Shown: positions 33,739 through 43,628, numbered from the stretch's first letter. The stretch is DNA of 64,000 nucleotides from an uncultured Verrucomicrobiae bacterium (GCA_963719495.1 CAVRCI010000011.1:1-64000); one strand, 5' to 3'. Notes: a model not told the origin generated them from the sequence alone. A program made the numbers and translations.

Positions 33739-35640
33739 TTATCCTGGTCGGGAAGAAGCGATTTCTTGCAGTTGCCGCCGTTGGGCCGCATTCGGCTTCC
33801 AACGAGTGCTGTGAATCAACCGCTGTACCAGGCCCTTCGCCGCGTAATGCAACGGGAGATTCTGTGCCGTGGCGCCGTCGCTGAGGCGTCGCAGTGCGGA
33901 GATCGACGGGCCAAGGTGGGCGACGTCGGCGTGGGCCTCCAGGACCGTGACCGCCGACACCACGACCTCGGGATCCGGGTCATCGAGGGCGGCGGTAACA
34001 ATCGGAAGGGCCGCAGGATCCCACCCGTCGAGCAGGACCTCGCTGAGGACGTCCGTGTAGCAGCGAGTGTGCTCCCGAGCCGCCAGCGTCCGCTGTAAAG
34101 CGGCAAGTCCAGCGGGTGGGTCGAAACGCAGCCAGAACGTGAGCGCATCCGCTTGAATCGAGCAGGCCCACTTTCCTTCCTTCGGTGCGTAGAAAGCGAC
34201 CACGTCCGGGAGGAGATCAGGGGTGCCGTATCGGGCGACCGCGGCCATCAATAAATCAAGATTCTTGGGGGACCGTTCCCGTAATTGAGCCCTGAAGTAA
34301 GCTTCCAGCTCAGGAACCGGTTCGGCGGCCAGCGTCAGAAGCGGGGCGTTGGCGATCTGAGAGACCGCTTTGGGAATGAGAAAACGGGGTGACCGACGTT
34401 GCAAATCATCGATGATGAGGGGTCGGGCTTCGTCGGGTTTGAGCTCGGCCAAGGCCGCGAGGGCGTCGGGATTATGGAAGGGGGGACCGACCATCTTCCG
34501 GACCAAAGGCAGGAATGCTTCACCGCCAAAACTTCGCCAACTTCTTAGCAGGGTCTCCCCTTGCTCGAGGGTCAGGTCGAGCTGGACCTTCACCAGTTCA
34601 GCACGGACTTGGGGGCGTTTGATCGGATCTTCGAAGAGGAGGGTCATCATCGTCTGATAGGAGTCCTCGCCTTTTCCCCCCGTAGCAGCCGTGGCCGCGG
34701 CGGTGATCTCCTCGGAAGCCGCTTGAAACGCGTCCCGAAATTTCCTTCCGAGGGCCTCCCGCTCTTCCCGCGACTCCGGGATCGGTTTGAACTCGAAAGC
34801 GGCGGTTTTAAGGGTGGCGTAGATCTGCGTCAGGCCAGGGTTGAACTTAATTTTTCCAGCGCGAAGGGCCGCGAGGATGTTCCGAGCCTCCGCCACCGGG
34901 TCCGGGGCGGCGTAGAGAGCCATCGTTGCGGAAAAAGAGTGTGGACCGGAGGCGATGAAGGGGAGCAGGGCAGCACGAGATTCGGGCAGGCCGAGATACC
35001 GCAACGTGGCGGCCCCTTCGTCGGCTTCCCTGCCGTCGCCGGGGAGTTGGGGGACGGCCTGGTCGATGATCCGTTGCGCCTCGGCAGGATTCAGCGCGGT
35101 GATCGTGACAAACACGGGATCGGACACGAGTGCGACGCGGTCATCCTGACCGTTGGGCCGTTCGAAGCGGTCCCCCTTTTGAACGCGATCGCTGTAGGCG
35201 CGCAGGGCGTAGGTCCCGGGCTTCTCGAAACGCAGCCATTGATTCGCCGGGAACGTGATTGCCCACTCGCTCAGGTCCTGATCGTTTCCGAGGCCCCCGC
35301 CGACGCCTCCCCTTTCGAAATACCACCGGAGCGGATCGGCGACGGGACGACCGGCGGCGTCGGAGGCGTGAATCGCGATGTTGGGGATCCGCCCCGACCG
35401 GTCGTAGGTGCCCGTCCACAAATGATACGGCTGCGTCGAATCGTTGCGGAAGGTCAGCGTGGTGTCGATGATCTCACCTTGGTGGTATCGTGTCTTGGGA
35501 ACGTCGATTATCAGCGAGAGTTTGTCCGGCTGAGCGGCGCGGATCTTTTCCCAATCGACAAATTCGGGAGTGACGAATTGCGAGCGGGCCGCCGCGGCTG
35601 CGAGCAGCACAAAGGCGATGCATGGAAGGGGACTGAGCAC
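33739..35640 (-). CDS. Secreted hypothetical protein, N-terminal beta-sandwich and HEAT-like helical C-terminus
   Basis: Long ORF. Likely start GTG 35640 before a signal peptide (track start 35769). HEAT-like segment ALDDPDPEVVVSAV. Confidence 0.6.
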   Translation of the reverse strand: MLSPLPCIAFVLLAAAAARSQFVTPEFVDWEKIRAAQPDKLSLIIDVPKTRYHQGEIIDTTLTFRNDSTQPYHLWTGTYDRSGRIPNIAIHASDAAGRPVADPLRWYFERGGVGGGLGNDQDLSEWAITFPANQWLRFEKPGTYALRAYSDRVQKGDRFERPNGQDDRVALVSDPVFVTITALNPAEAQRIIDQAVPQLPGDGREADEGAATLRYLGLPESRAALLPFIASGPHSFSATMALYAAPDPVAEARNILAALRAGKIKFNPGLTQIYATLKTAAFEFKPIPESREEREALGRKFRDAFQAASEEITAAATAATGGKGEDSYQTMMTLLFEDPIKRPQVRAELVKVQLDLTLEQGETLLRSWRSFGGEAFLPLVRKMVGPPFHNPDALAALAELKPDEARPLIIDDLQRRSPRFLIPKAVSQIANAPLLTLAAEPVPELEAYFRAQLRERSPKNLDLLMAAVARYGTPDLLPDVVAFYAPKEGKWACSIQADALTFWLRFDPPAGLAALQRTLAAREHTRCYTDVLSEVLLDGWDPAALPIVTAALDDPDPEVVVSAVTVLEAHADVAHLGPSISALRRLSDGATAQNLPLHYAAKGLVQRLIHSTRWKPNAAQRRQLQEIASSRPG

Positions 35641-35778
35641 AGCAATGATTTTGTATCGAATGAAAGCCACTTGGAAAAGTCCTCGGGACGGGGAAAGCAA
35701 TTGGTGAGCAATCGAGTCGTTGCAAGGCCCGACGAGGACGACGAGCCTCGGAAGGGTAAGGGCACTCATCCGGGCTTA

Positions 35779-37265
35779 TGTCGGGGCCTGTTCAAAAGTG
35801 AACGGAGACTGTTCAAAAGCGGAATGAGAGACTGTTCAAAAGTGGATTGGGGGTTTTGGGGCGTTGTATTGGGAGACGCGGGAAGCGCCTCGGAGGAGGC
35901 CGGAGCGTAGCGGAGGCTGACGGAGAGGCGCTTCCCGCGTGCGCGCCTGCTCCCCGGCCCCAGTGCCCCAAGGATACCAGCCGTTGGGGTGAAGCGTTTG
36001 TGGAACGCGCTGGCTTGCGCGCTCGCCTGGTCGATTATCCCGGATTGAAAAGAAGCAGATTACCCACCGTCTCCCGCCAGATTTTGTCCGTCGCACACTT
36101 GCAGGTTTCAATGCGGGACTTCTCGATGCCAGCAATGCCGCAAGCCAGTTAGGCATCGGCAAAACCAGGCTCTATGAACTCCGCACGGCCTACCTCGCAA
36201 ATCGTAATTCCTACGCCCCGGCTGCCAGCGGGGGCGCTCGTCGCGCCGACTGGCCGCCCGAAGTTGAACGCTTTCTCCAAGAGTTTCTGCCGCTTCAGAA
36301 CCCACCCAATTACCAGTTAGTCGCCGACGAACTTGAGCGACTCTGCGGATTCGTTCGGGCGCGCTCGGTCGTCGAGACCCACGTCAAAGCGCGCTACGCC
36401 CATCTGGTGCCCTCGCCGACCCGCAAGCCTCGCGTTTATCGGCGCTTCCGTCGCGCTCGCATCGGCGAACTTTGGCAGCACGACAGTTCGATCCACCAAT
36501 GGTGGCCCGCCGCCGCTAAACAGACTTTACTGCTCACCGTCGACGACCATTCGGGCCTGAATCTAGCAGGTCGCTTCGTGGAATCCGATACCACTTGGAA
36601 CCATTTCGGACATTTCCGCGAATCCTTCGAGACCTGGGGCCTGCCGCAGATCGTTTACACTGATGGCCTCAGCCTCTTCGGGCCAAGTTCCAGCGGCGAT
36701 CACTGCGATCCTAAGAGTGAATTCCAACGCGCCCTCCGCGGACTCGGCGTCGCTCACTTAGTGGCACCGACCCCACAAGCTAAGGGTAAGATCGAGCGCC
36801 GTTTCGGGACTTTCCAGAGACGGCTCGTCACACTACTCGCCCATGCCAGCGCCAAAACTTGGCCCCAGGCCGACGAAATTCTTCAGATGGAGATTGCCAG
36901 GCAGAACCGTACCGTCAATCGCTCCACCGGCAAGGTCCCGCTCCATCTGTGGGAAGCGCAGTCGCTTGGCGACAGCGGGCGCATGCGCCCCATCCCGCCT
37001 TCCGCGCTCCTAGACTTACACCTCTCAATCCGCTGCTCCCGCCGGGTGAACAATGACCACACCATCGACTTCGATGGCTCCAACTACGAGATCTCCAACA
37101 CCCAGCGCAAGAGCGTCACCATCGTCCACCATCCCGGAAGCCGTTTCTGGGTCGTCGAACACCCTCCCAAAACCGTCTGGCCCCCCATTCTAGGCCACTT
37201 CAGCCTCTAAAATCGCTGTTCGCTTTTGAACAGGCGAGAATTCCGCTTTTGAACAGTCGCCGACA
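35779..37265 (+). mobile_element. Insertion sequence, IS1202/ISNCY-like, 1487 bp, 16-bp target duplication
   Basis: Ends TGTCGG...CCGACA. Subterminal CTGTTCAAAAG three times on the left and twice inverted on the right. Direct repeat CACTCATCCGGGCTTA at 35763-35778 and 37266-37281. Confidence 0.88.
36044..37210 (+). CDS. DDE transposase (IS481/IS1202-like)
   Basis: Frame open 35993-37210. HTH-like AASQLGIGKTRLYELR, then WQHDSS, VDDHS, YTDG, PQAKGKIERRFGTFQRRL. Start uncertain (ATT 36044, or TTG 36045 with a 1-nt slip). Confidence 0.85.
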   Translation: MEKKQITHRLPPDFVRRTLAGFNAGLLDASNAASQLGIGKTRLYELRTAYLANRNSYAPAASGGARRADWPPEVERFLQEFLPLQNPPNYQLVADELERLCGFVRARSVVETHVKARYAHLVPSPTRKPRVYRRFRRARIGELWQHDSSIHQWWPAAAKQTLLLTVDDHSGLNLAGRFVESDTTWNHFGHFRESFETWGLPQIVYTDGLSLFGPSSSGDHCDPKSEFQRALRGLGVAHLVAPTPQAKGKIERRFGTFQRRLVTLLAHASAKTWPQADEILQMEIARQNRTVNRSTGKVPLHLWEAQSLGDSGRMRPIPPSALLDLHLSIRCSRRVNNDHTIDFDGSNYEISNTQRKSVTIVHHPGSRFWVVEHPPKTVWPPILGHFSL

Positions 37266-37392
37266 CACTCATCCGGGCTTATTGACTTCTCGGAGGAAGT
37301 GCGATTCACCGGGTGCGCGATTTTCTCGATCAGTCGCTGGATTCGGAAAATGTGTGATCACGAAATACCCCTTCCCTGGCCTCTCCCGGAAG

Positions 37393-37667
37393 GAACTGAA
37401 CTGGAGCGGCAAGCGAGTGGGAGGAGAGAAATTCTGAACCAATGCACGGACTGACCCCTCCTCCGGACTGACCCCTCCTCTGAACCAATGCACGGACTGA
37501 CCCCTCCTCCGGAAGAACTGAACTGGAGCGGCAAGCGAGCGGGAGGAGAGAAATTCTGAACCAATGCACGGACTGACCCCTCCTCCTGAACCAATGCACG
37601 GACTGACCCCTCCTCCGGACTGACCCCTCCTCAATGCACGGACTGACCCCTCCTCTGACCCCTCCTC
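37393..37667. repeat. Nested tandem repeat
   Basis: CTGACCCCTCCTC eight times, AATGCACGGA five times, and a ~70-bp block twice at 122-bp spacing. Confidence 0.85.
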
Positions 37668-37996
37668 TGATCATTAAAGAGAAGCTCGTCGGTCTCGCCG
37701 CCCCGACCGGTCGGAGCTTTACGGTCCGCATCGTTTGCCAGGAACTCGAGAGTTGGTTCAACGGCGACCCGGAGGCCGTCCATCGGGCATTCCCTGGGTG
37801 CCTCTTTTCGAGCCAAACAGCCAAATACCGGGATCCGGACCGACTCACGAACGCTGCCGATGAGCTCACGTCGCTCACCGGCAGCGCTTCGAAGGTGGAT
37901 CGCGCCGGGAAAATCGCCGCTCATTTGGAACCCGCAAGCAACGCTTCCCGGAGCTTTCACCACGCTTATGAAATCCTCGCGAGTCATCTGGGCTGA
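37668..37996 (+). pseudogene. C-terminal remnant of a DUF4276-like protein
   Basis: Motifs VRIVCQELESWFNGD, KYRDPDRL, SKV, NASRSF. The N-terminal half is replaced by the nested repeat. Confidence 0.6.
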
Positions 37997-38204
37997 GTCC
38001 TCGGAACGGAAGTTCGACTGGGTCGGCGCGCCGGTGGGCCGGACGGAGTCGGGGCTGTTTTGACGTGGGCTCGGAGGGAGCCTCGCCCTCCCGGGGGGCT
38101 AATTGACTGCTCTTGATTTCGCTGCTCGTCGATTCGAACGGGGGCGTGCAGGGTGCGGGTTGCTTGGCGGCGTGAGGCCGTGGGCGCAACTTTTCTTTTT
38201 TCTC

Positions 38205-39329
38205 ATGTCTGCTTTTTCCAAACTTGGCGTTCCGGCGGATCTGGTTCGTGGACTCGACGCGCTCGGGATTGCGGAGCCGACTTCGATTCAGAGTAGCGCG
38301 ATTCCGTTTCTCATTCGGGATGGCGGAGATTTGGTCGCTCAGGCGCAGACCGGGACCGGGAAGACGGCGGCTTTTGGGCTGCCGCTGCTGACGAAGATCG
38401 ATCCGGCCAATCCGAAGGTGCAGGCGCTCGTGCTCTCGCCGACTCGGGAGCTGGCGAAGCAGATCGGGAAGGCGTTGTTTCAATTCACGAAATTTTCGAA
38501 GGAGAAGATCTTCGTCGAGGTGACTGGGGGTGGGGACAAGATCGGGGAGCAGGTGGCGCGGTTGAAGCGCCCGACGCACGTCGTGGTGGCCACGCCGGGG
38601 CGGCTCTTCGATCTGTTGAAGGCGGGGGCTCTCAGGCTCGATGAGGTGCGGTACCTCGTGCTGGACGAGGCGGATGAGATGCTGAGCATGGGTTTTCGCG
38701 CGGAGATCCTCGAGGTCGCGAAGCTCACGGCGGCTTCCCGGCGGAGCACCTGGCTCTTCTCCGCGACGTTTCCGGAAAAAATTCAGCGCTTGATCGCGGA
38801 CTGCATCAAGGGCGAGCCCGAGCGAATCAAGGTCGAGCGGGCGGACGTGGTGAACCCGAATATCTCGCACCGCTACGTGATCTGTCCGCGCGAGGATAAG
38901 GACGCCTGGGTCGCGAATTTTCTGCGGGACCAGGGTGAGGAACGCGGGATGATTTTTTGCCGCACGCGGGCGGGGGCGATCAAGCTGGGCGACGAGTTGA
39001 AGAAGCACGGCGTCGCGGTCGACGTGTTGCAGGGCGATCTCAGCCAGAAGGATCGCGACAAGGTGATGCGGGCTTTCAAGAAGGAGCGGACGCGGTTTCT
39101 CATCGCGACCGACGTCGCGGCGCGCGGCATCGACGTGGAGGGGTTGTCGTTCGTGATCCACCGTCAGCTTCCGGAGCAGCGGCGGTATTACACGCACCGC
39201 GCCGGAAGGACGGCGCGCGCGGGGCGGACGGGTGTCTCCATTTGTTTGATCGAGCCCGAGGAAAAGCGCGCCATCGCGGAGCTCGAGCAAGAGCTGGGGC
39301 TGACCTTCGAGGCGTTGGACTGGGGATAG
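38205..39329 (+). CDS. DEAD-box RNA helicase (core domains only)
   Basis: ATG at 38205. Motifs AQTGTGKT, PTRELA, DEADEML, SAT, ARGID, HRAGRTAR. Confidence 0.93.
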   Translation: MSAFSKLGVPADLVRGLDALGIAEPTSIQSSAIPFLIRDGGDLVAQAQTGTGKTAAFGLPLLTKIDPANPKVQALVLSPTRELAKQIGKALFQFTKFSKEKIFVEVTGGGDKIGEQVARLKRPTHVVVATPGRLFDLLKAGALRLDEVRYLVLDEADEMLSMGFRAEILEVAKLTAASRRSTWLFSATFPEKIQRLIADCIKGEPERIKVERADVVNPNISHRYVICPREDKDAWVANFLRDQGEERGMIFCRTRAGAIKLGDELKKHGVAVDVLQGDLSQKDRDKVMRAFKKERTRFLIATDVAARGIDVEGLSFVIHRQLPEQRRYYTHRAGRTARAGRTGVSICLIEPEEKRAIAELEQELGLTFEALDWG

Positions 39330-39445
39330 GTTGGCCGTTCGGCTCGGGGCATTTGGGACGGGGGACCGGCCTGGAGGAGTCGGTTGCTTTCGGAAGTGGG
39401 CTCGCCGGGAGGCTCGCCCTCCGGGGTGGGTGGGTATGCCCGGGA

Positions 39446-40120
39446 TCAGCGGTCGTCGTAGGTGCCGATGGCTTCGAGGGTGTGGTTGGGGAGGACTCGG
39501 AAGACTTCCTTGCTGACGGGGTAGGCGGTCATGCCATGGTCGGCGAGGACGGAGTCGGCGATGTCGGCGAAGCGGCTGGCGAGGGCGGGGAAAACGTAGA
39601 TGCGGAAGCGATTGGGGATGGCGACGAGGAGGTCGGGGCCGAGGGTGGTCTCGAAGGTTTCGATGAAGTCATCGGCGAAGACGGTGGAGGCGACGAAGGG
39701 TTGGTCGGAATCGACGACGGCGAACTGGATGGTGCCGCGGTCGTCGCGGACGTAGCGGGGCTCGAGGGTGGCGAGGTCTTCGCTGGCGTTCTGGCGGGCG
39801 AGGGCGTCGATGCCTTCGCGGTTGGCTTCGTAGTCGGTGGGCTGGACGTAGGTGACGTCGTCGCCGTCGAGGAGGGCGGGGGTCACGAGGGTCTGGCCCG
39901 TGCCCGGGATCGGGATCTGCACGGGGGGGCGCATGAAGGCGGGCTCGACGAGGAAGTGGTAGCGGGGGGTGGGGGGGGGAGTTGCGTGAGTGGTGACTGG
40001 TGACTGGTGATTGGTGGGTGGGGGGGGCGGGGCCGCGGAGACATAGGAGAGGGCCGCGGTGAGAAAGATCGCGGTGGCGAGGGAGAGAATTTTGTTTTCT
40101 CGGGGGTGGGTGGTAGTCAT
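39446..40120 (-). CDS. Secreted hypothetical protein
   Basis: Signal-like N-terminus and Pro-rich linker containing heptamer repeats; divergent from ruvA. Confidence 0.6.
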   Translation of the reverse strand: MTTTHPRENKILSLATAIFLTAALSYVSAAPPPPPTNHQSPVTTHATPPPTPRYHFLVEPAFMRPPVQIPIPGTGQTLVTPALLDGDDVTYVQPTDYEANREGIDALARQNASEDLATLEPRYVRDDRGTIQFAVVDSDQPFVASTVFADDFIETFETTLGPDLLVAIPNRFRIYVFPALASRFADIADSVLADHGMTAYPVSKEVFRVLPNHTLEAIGTYDDR

Positions 40121-40130
40121 TGGGTCGACG

Positions 40131-40742
40131 ATGATTACTTTTTTGGACGGTGTTTTGGAGGAGGCTTTGCCGACGCAGATTTCGGTGAACGTGGGGGGAG
40201 TCGGTTACGAGGTTCTCATTCCGCTGTCGAGTTTCGACCGGTTGCCGAAGGTCGGCGGGGCGATCCGGGTGTTGACGCATCTGGTGGTGCGCGAGGATGC
40301 GCACATTCTGTTTGGCTTCATGAGCAAGGCCGAGCGGGATCTGTTCCGGCTGTTGACCGGGAACGTGACCGGGGTGGGGCCGAAGCTGGCGCTGGCGGTG
40401 CTGAGCGGTATGGGGGTGGAGGATTTCAAGACGATGGTGGTGGCTGGGGACGTCGCGGCGCTGGCCAGGGTCAAGGGTGTCGGGAAGAAGACGGCGGAGC
40501 GAATGGTGCTGGAGTTGAAGGACAAGCTGGGTGTGGTGGCGGAGTGGGAGGCTTCGAGCGCGAAGAACGCGCCGACTCCGCACGATACCGCGATCCACGA
40601 CGCGGCGCTGGCGCTCATTTCGCTGGGTTACAAGCAGGTGGACGCGCACAAGGCGATCAAGCGGGTGATCGAGATCGAGGGTGGCGAGGGGTCGGTGGAC
40701 TCGGAGGCGCTGGTGCGTCAGGCCTTGAAGTTGCTGCTGTGA
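40131..40742 (+). CDS. ruvA: Holliday junction branch migration protein RuvA
   Basis: MITFLDG, VGGVGYEV, HLVVRED, GVGPKLA, GVGKKTAERMVLELKDK, ALISLGY. Confidence 0.96.
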   Translation: MITFLDGVLEEALPTQISVNVGGVGYEVLIPLSSFDRLPKVGGAIRVLTHLVVREDAHILFGFMSKAERDLFRLLTGNVTGVGPKLALAVLSGMGVEDFKTMVVAGDVAALARVKGVGKKTAERMVLELKDKLGVVAEWEASSAKNAPTPHDTAIHDAALALISLGYKQVDAHKAIKRVIEIEGGEGSVDSEALVRQALKLLL

Positions 40743-42064
40743 GCGATCCGGCGGACGATCTGCGGCGGGTCGGGCGCGTGCGGGCGGCGTTGCCGGAGGC
40801 GGGGCTTTTTCACGAAAAGACGTGGCGGGTGTCGCCCCGGGCGTTCCGGATCTCCGCGGAATTTGCGGACGAGTTGGACAAGCTCGGGTATCGGCTGGCG
40901 AAGTTCGTGCGGGCGTGCAACGACCTGTATCGGCTGAGCGCGGACGGGCGGGAGCCGGGGTGGATCGCGGAGTTGCTGGATCGCGGGAAGCCGCCGGATT
41001 TGATCGAACTCGCGCGGGAGCGGGCGTTTTTGCAGGACATCCCGCGGGTGATTCGGCCGGACGTGATTCTCACCGAGGATGGCTACACGATCGCGGAGCT
41101 GGACAGCGTGCCGGGTGGGATCGGACTGACGGGATGGTTGGGCGGCGTTTATTCCGAGCTGGGCGAGGATGTGTTGGGCGGAGCGGATGGGATGGTCGAG
41201 GGGTTCGCTTCGATCGTTCCGGGTGGGGGTGACATCGTGGTGTCGGAGGAGGCGGCGACTTACCGACCGGAGATGGATTACATCGCCGCGCGGATGAATG
41301 AAAAATTTGAAATGGGAAATAAGAAATGGCGGGTGGTCGACGGGGGGGCGCGGGAGGATTGGGCGGAGCGGGTGTATCGGTTTTTCGAGCTGTTCGATTG
41401 GGCGAACGTGCCGGCGGCGGCGGGGTTGGCGGAGCGGGCTCGGGCGGGGTCGGTGAGCGTGACTCCGCCGTTCAAGCCGTGGATGGAGGAGAAGATCTGG
41501 TTCGCGCTGTTCTGGCTGAAGCCGCTGGAGGGTTATTGGCGGAAGGCGCTGGGGGCGCGGGCGATGAGCGAGCTGCGGCGGGTGATCCCGTATTCGTGGG
41601 TGATGAATCCGGAGCCGCTGCCGGTGCACGCGGTGTTGCCGGGGTTGGGGGTGAACTCGTGGGACGAGGTGGCGGATTTCAGTCAGAAGGAGCGGGAGTT
41701 GATTCTCAAGGTGAGTGGGTTCAGCGAGACGGCTTGGGGGTCGCGGGGCGTGGTCATGGCGCAGGATGTGCCGCAGGTCGAGTGGCGGGCGGCGGTGGAG
41801 GAGGCGCTGGGGCGCTATGGGGATCAGCCGCATTTGTTGCAGCGGTTTCACAAGGGGCGGTTGGTCGAGCAGCCGTGGTTCGACGAGTCGATCGGGGAGG
41901 TGGTGACGATGTCGGGGCGGGTGCGGCTCTGTCCGTATTACTTCCTCGGGGACGAGCGGGCGCGGGTGAAGTGCTCGGGGGCGCTGGCGACGATCTGCCC
42001 GGCGGACAAGAAGCTGCTGCACGGGATGACGGACGCGATTCTCGTGCCGACGGCGGTGGGTTGA
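40739..42064 (+). CDS. ATP-grasp-like protein (glutathionylspermidine synthase-like)
   Basis: GTG overlaps the ruvA stop. Motifs IRPDVIL..IAELDSVPGGIG, ILKVSGF..WGSRGV, RLCPYYF. Confidence 0.6.
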   Translation: MSDPADDLRRVGRVRAALPEAGLFHEKTWRVSPRAFRISAEFADELDKLGYRLAKFVRACNDLYRLSADGREPGWIAELLDRGKPPDLIELARERAFLQDIPRVIRPDVILTEDGYTIAELDSVPGGIGLTGWLGGVYSELGEDVLGGADGMVEGFASIVPGGGDIVVSEEAATYRPEMDYIAARMNEKFEMGNKKWRVVDGGAREDWAERVYRFFELFDWANVPAAAGLAERARAGSVSVTPPFKPWMEEKIWFALFWLKPLEGYWRKALGARAMSELRRVIPYSWVMNPEPLPVHAVLPGLGVNSWDEVADFSQKERELILKVSGFSETAWGSRGVVMAQDVPQVEWRAAVEEALGRYGDQPHLLQRFHKGRLVEQPWFDESIGEVVTMSGRVRLCPYYFLGDERARVKCSGALATICPADKKLLHGMTDAILVPTAVG

Positions 42065-42102
42065 GGATTGCTGGGGTGGCGCGGTTCGATCAAAGTCCCC
42101 GG

Positions 42103-42591
42103 GTGCGAATTCTTGGAATTTTGATGATGATGGCTCTCGCGGGATGCGCGAGCCGTGGGCCGGTCGGCGAGGCTTATCTGGAGCGGACGACTTATCAGAA
42201 GATTTACGTGAGTTCGTATTCGGGGGCTTCGAGCTCGCCGGACGCGGCGGCGGTGACGGCGCGGGGGACGCGTTATCAGAGTGGGTCGATCTCGAGCGCT
42301 TCGGCGGATTGGTCGCGCTGGCCGGTGGGAACGATCTTTCGCGTGCTGGCGACGGGGGATCTCTACGAGGTGGATGATTTCACGGAGAACGTCGTGGGGA
42401 GGAACGAGATGCTGCTCTACAAGCCGCTGCGTCCGAACGTGGCGAATTCACCCCGGCAATACGTGACGATCGAGATCATCACTTGGGGGAGCCCGCGGAA
42501 GAGTGCGGCGATCCTGCAGCAGAATCGGTCGAGCACGGCGAAGCGGATCCTGGCGGAGTTGGTGGGGCGGTATCCGGCTTCGGATCGGTAG
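42103..42591 (+). CDS. Lipoprotein with 3D-like domain
   Basis: Lipobox LAGC; SASADWSRWPVGT..YEVDD. Confidence 0.65.
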   Translation: MRILGILMMMALAGCASRGPVGEAYLERTTYQKIYVSSYSGASSSPDAAAVTARGTRYQSGSISSASADWSRWPVGTIFRVLATGDLYEVDDFTENVVGRNEMLLYKPLRPNVANSPRQYVTIEIITWGSPRKSAAILQQNRSSTAKRILAELVGRYPASDR

Positions 42592-42631
42592 GTTTGTTGG
42601 ACAGGATTGACGGGATTCTCAGGATTTTTTT

Positions 42632-43075
42632 CTAATAGTAGTAGCCTTCGGGGAGGTTGAAGGCGTTTTCCACGACCTGGATTTTTGGAGTGGGGTCGAG
42701 GAGGACTTCGACTACGTCGAAGCGGAAGGTGATGTCGGGGAGATCGAGGAGGCGGAGCCAGGCCATGGCTCCCTGGACGATGCGGCGGCGTTGTTTGCGG
42801 TCGACGGCGGCCAGGGGGCGGCCGAAATTTTCGGTGGCGCGGGTTTTTACTTCGGCGAAGACGAGGGTGTCGCCGTGGCGGCAGACCAGGTCGATTTCCC
42901 CGCCCCGTTTGCCCCGGAAGTTGCGGTAGAGGATTTTGTAGCCCTGGCGGCGGAGGTGCCGGGCGGCCAGGCGCTCGCCGAGGCGGCCTCGGACGAGGTG
43001 CGGGGCCTGGCTGGGCCTAGTGCGAAAGGTGCCCCACGGGGGCGAAACTGCGGCGATGAATCGCGCAAGGTCCAT
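42632..43075 (-). CDS. yraN: YraN (UPF0102) family endonuclease
   Basis: GRLGE..GYKILYRNFR..GEIDLV..VFAEVKTR..RFDVV. Start uncertain. Confidence 0.9.
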   Translation of the reverse strand: MDLARFIAAVSPPWGTFRTRPSQAPHLVRGRLGERLAARHLRRQGYKILYRNFRGKRGGEIDLVCRHGDTLVFAEVKTRATENFGRPLAAVDRKQRRRIVQGAMAWLRLLDLPDITFRFDVVEVLLDPTPKIQVVENAFNLPEGYYY

Positions 43076-43628
43076 GCTCGCGGAGGCTAGCGAGGTGGGC
43101 GGCGGTTGCATAGCCCTTGTGCTGCTCGAATCCGTAGACCGGGTAGTCGCGGGCGAAGGTGTCCATCAACCGATCGCGGGTGACTTTGGCGATGATGCTG
43201 GCGGCGGCGATGCTGCTGCTGATGGCGTCGCCGTGGACGATGGCGGTCTGCGGGATGGGAAAGGGTTCGACGCGGAGGCCGTCGATGAGGACGTGATGGG
43301 GCCGGAGCGAGAGGGCCTCGACGGCTTCGCGCATGGCGGCGTGGGTCGCGCCGAGGATGTTGAGCCGGTCGATGTCGCGGGGATCGCGGTGCGCGGTGGC
43401 CCAGGAGACGAGGGGATTCGAGACGAGGTGATCGTAGAGGCGGTTGCGGGCGAGCGCGGTGAGCTTCTTGGAGTCGTCGAGGCCCGAGACGTCGAATCCG
43501 AGGGGCAGAATGACGGCGGCGGCGACGACGGGTCCCGCCAAGGGGCCGCGGCCCGCTTCGTCAACGCCCGCGACCGGGGCGTGACCTTGGGCGATGAGGC
43601 GTTGTTCGGTCTCGAAAGTGCAGGGCAC
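43017..43628 (-). CDS. rnhB: Ribonuclease HII
   Basis: GVDEAGRGPLAGPV, DDSKKL, LIDG, SIAAASIIAKVTRD, HKGY, HRRSF. Confidence 0.96.
   Translation of the reverse strand: MPCTFETEQRLIAQGHAPVAGVDEAGRGPLAGPVVAAAVILPLGFDVSGLDDSKKLTALARNRLYDHLVSNPLVSWATAHRDPRDIDRLNILGATHAAMREAVEALSLRPHHVLIDGLRVEPFPIPQTAIVHGDAISSSIAAASIIAKVTRDRLMDTFARDYPVYGFEQHKGYATAAHLASLREHGPCAIHRRSFAPVGHLSH

Noticed and set aside
35740..37300. IS targeting a dif/Xer site
   Set aside because: No XerC/XerD-like site flanks the element, and the long duplication does not fit the short-duplication Xer-targeting subgroup.
37393..37667. CRISPR array or iteron origin
   Set aside because: Irregular nested periods, no unique spacers, and no cas or rep gene nearby.
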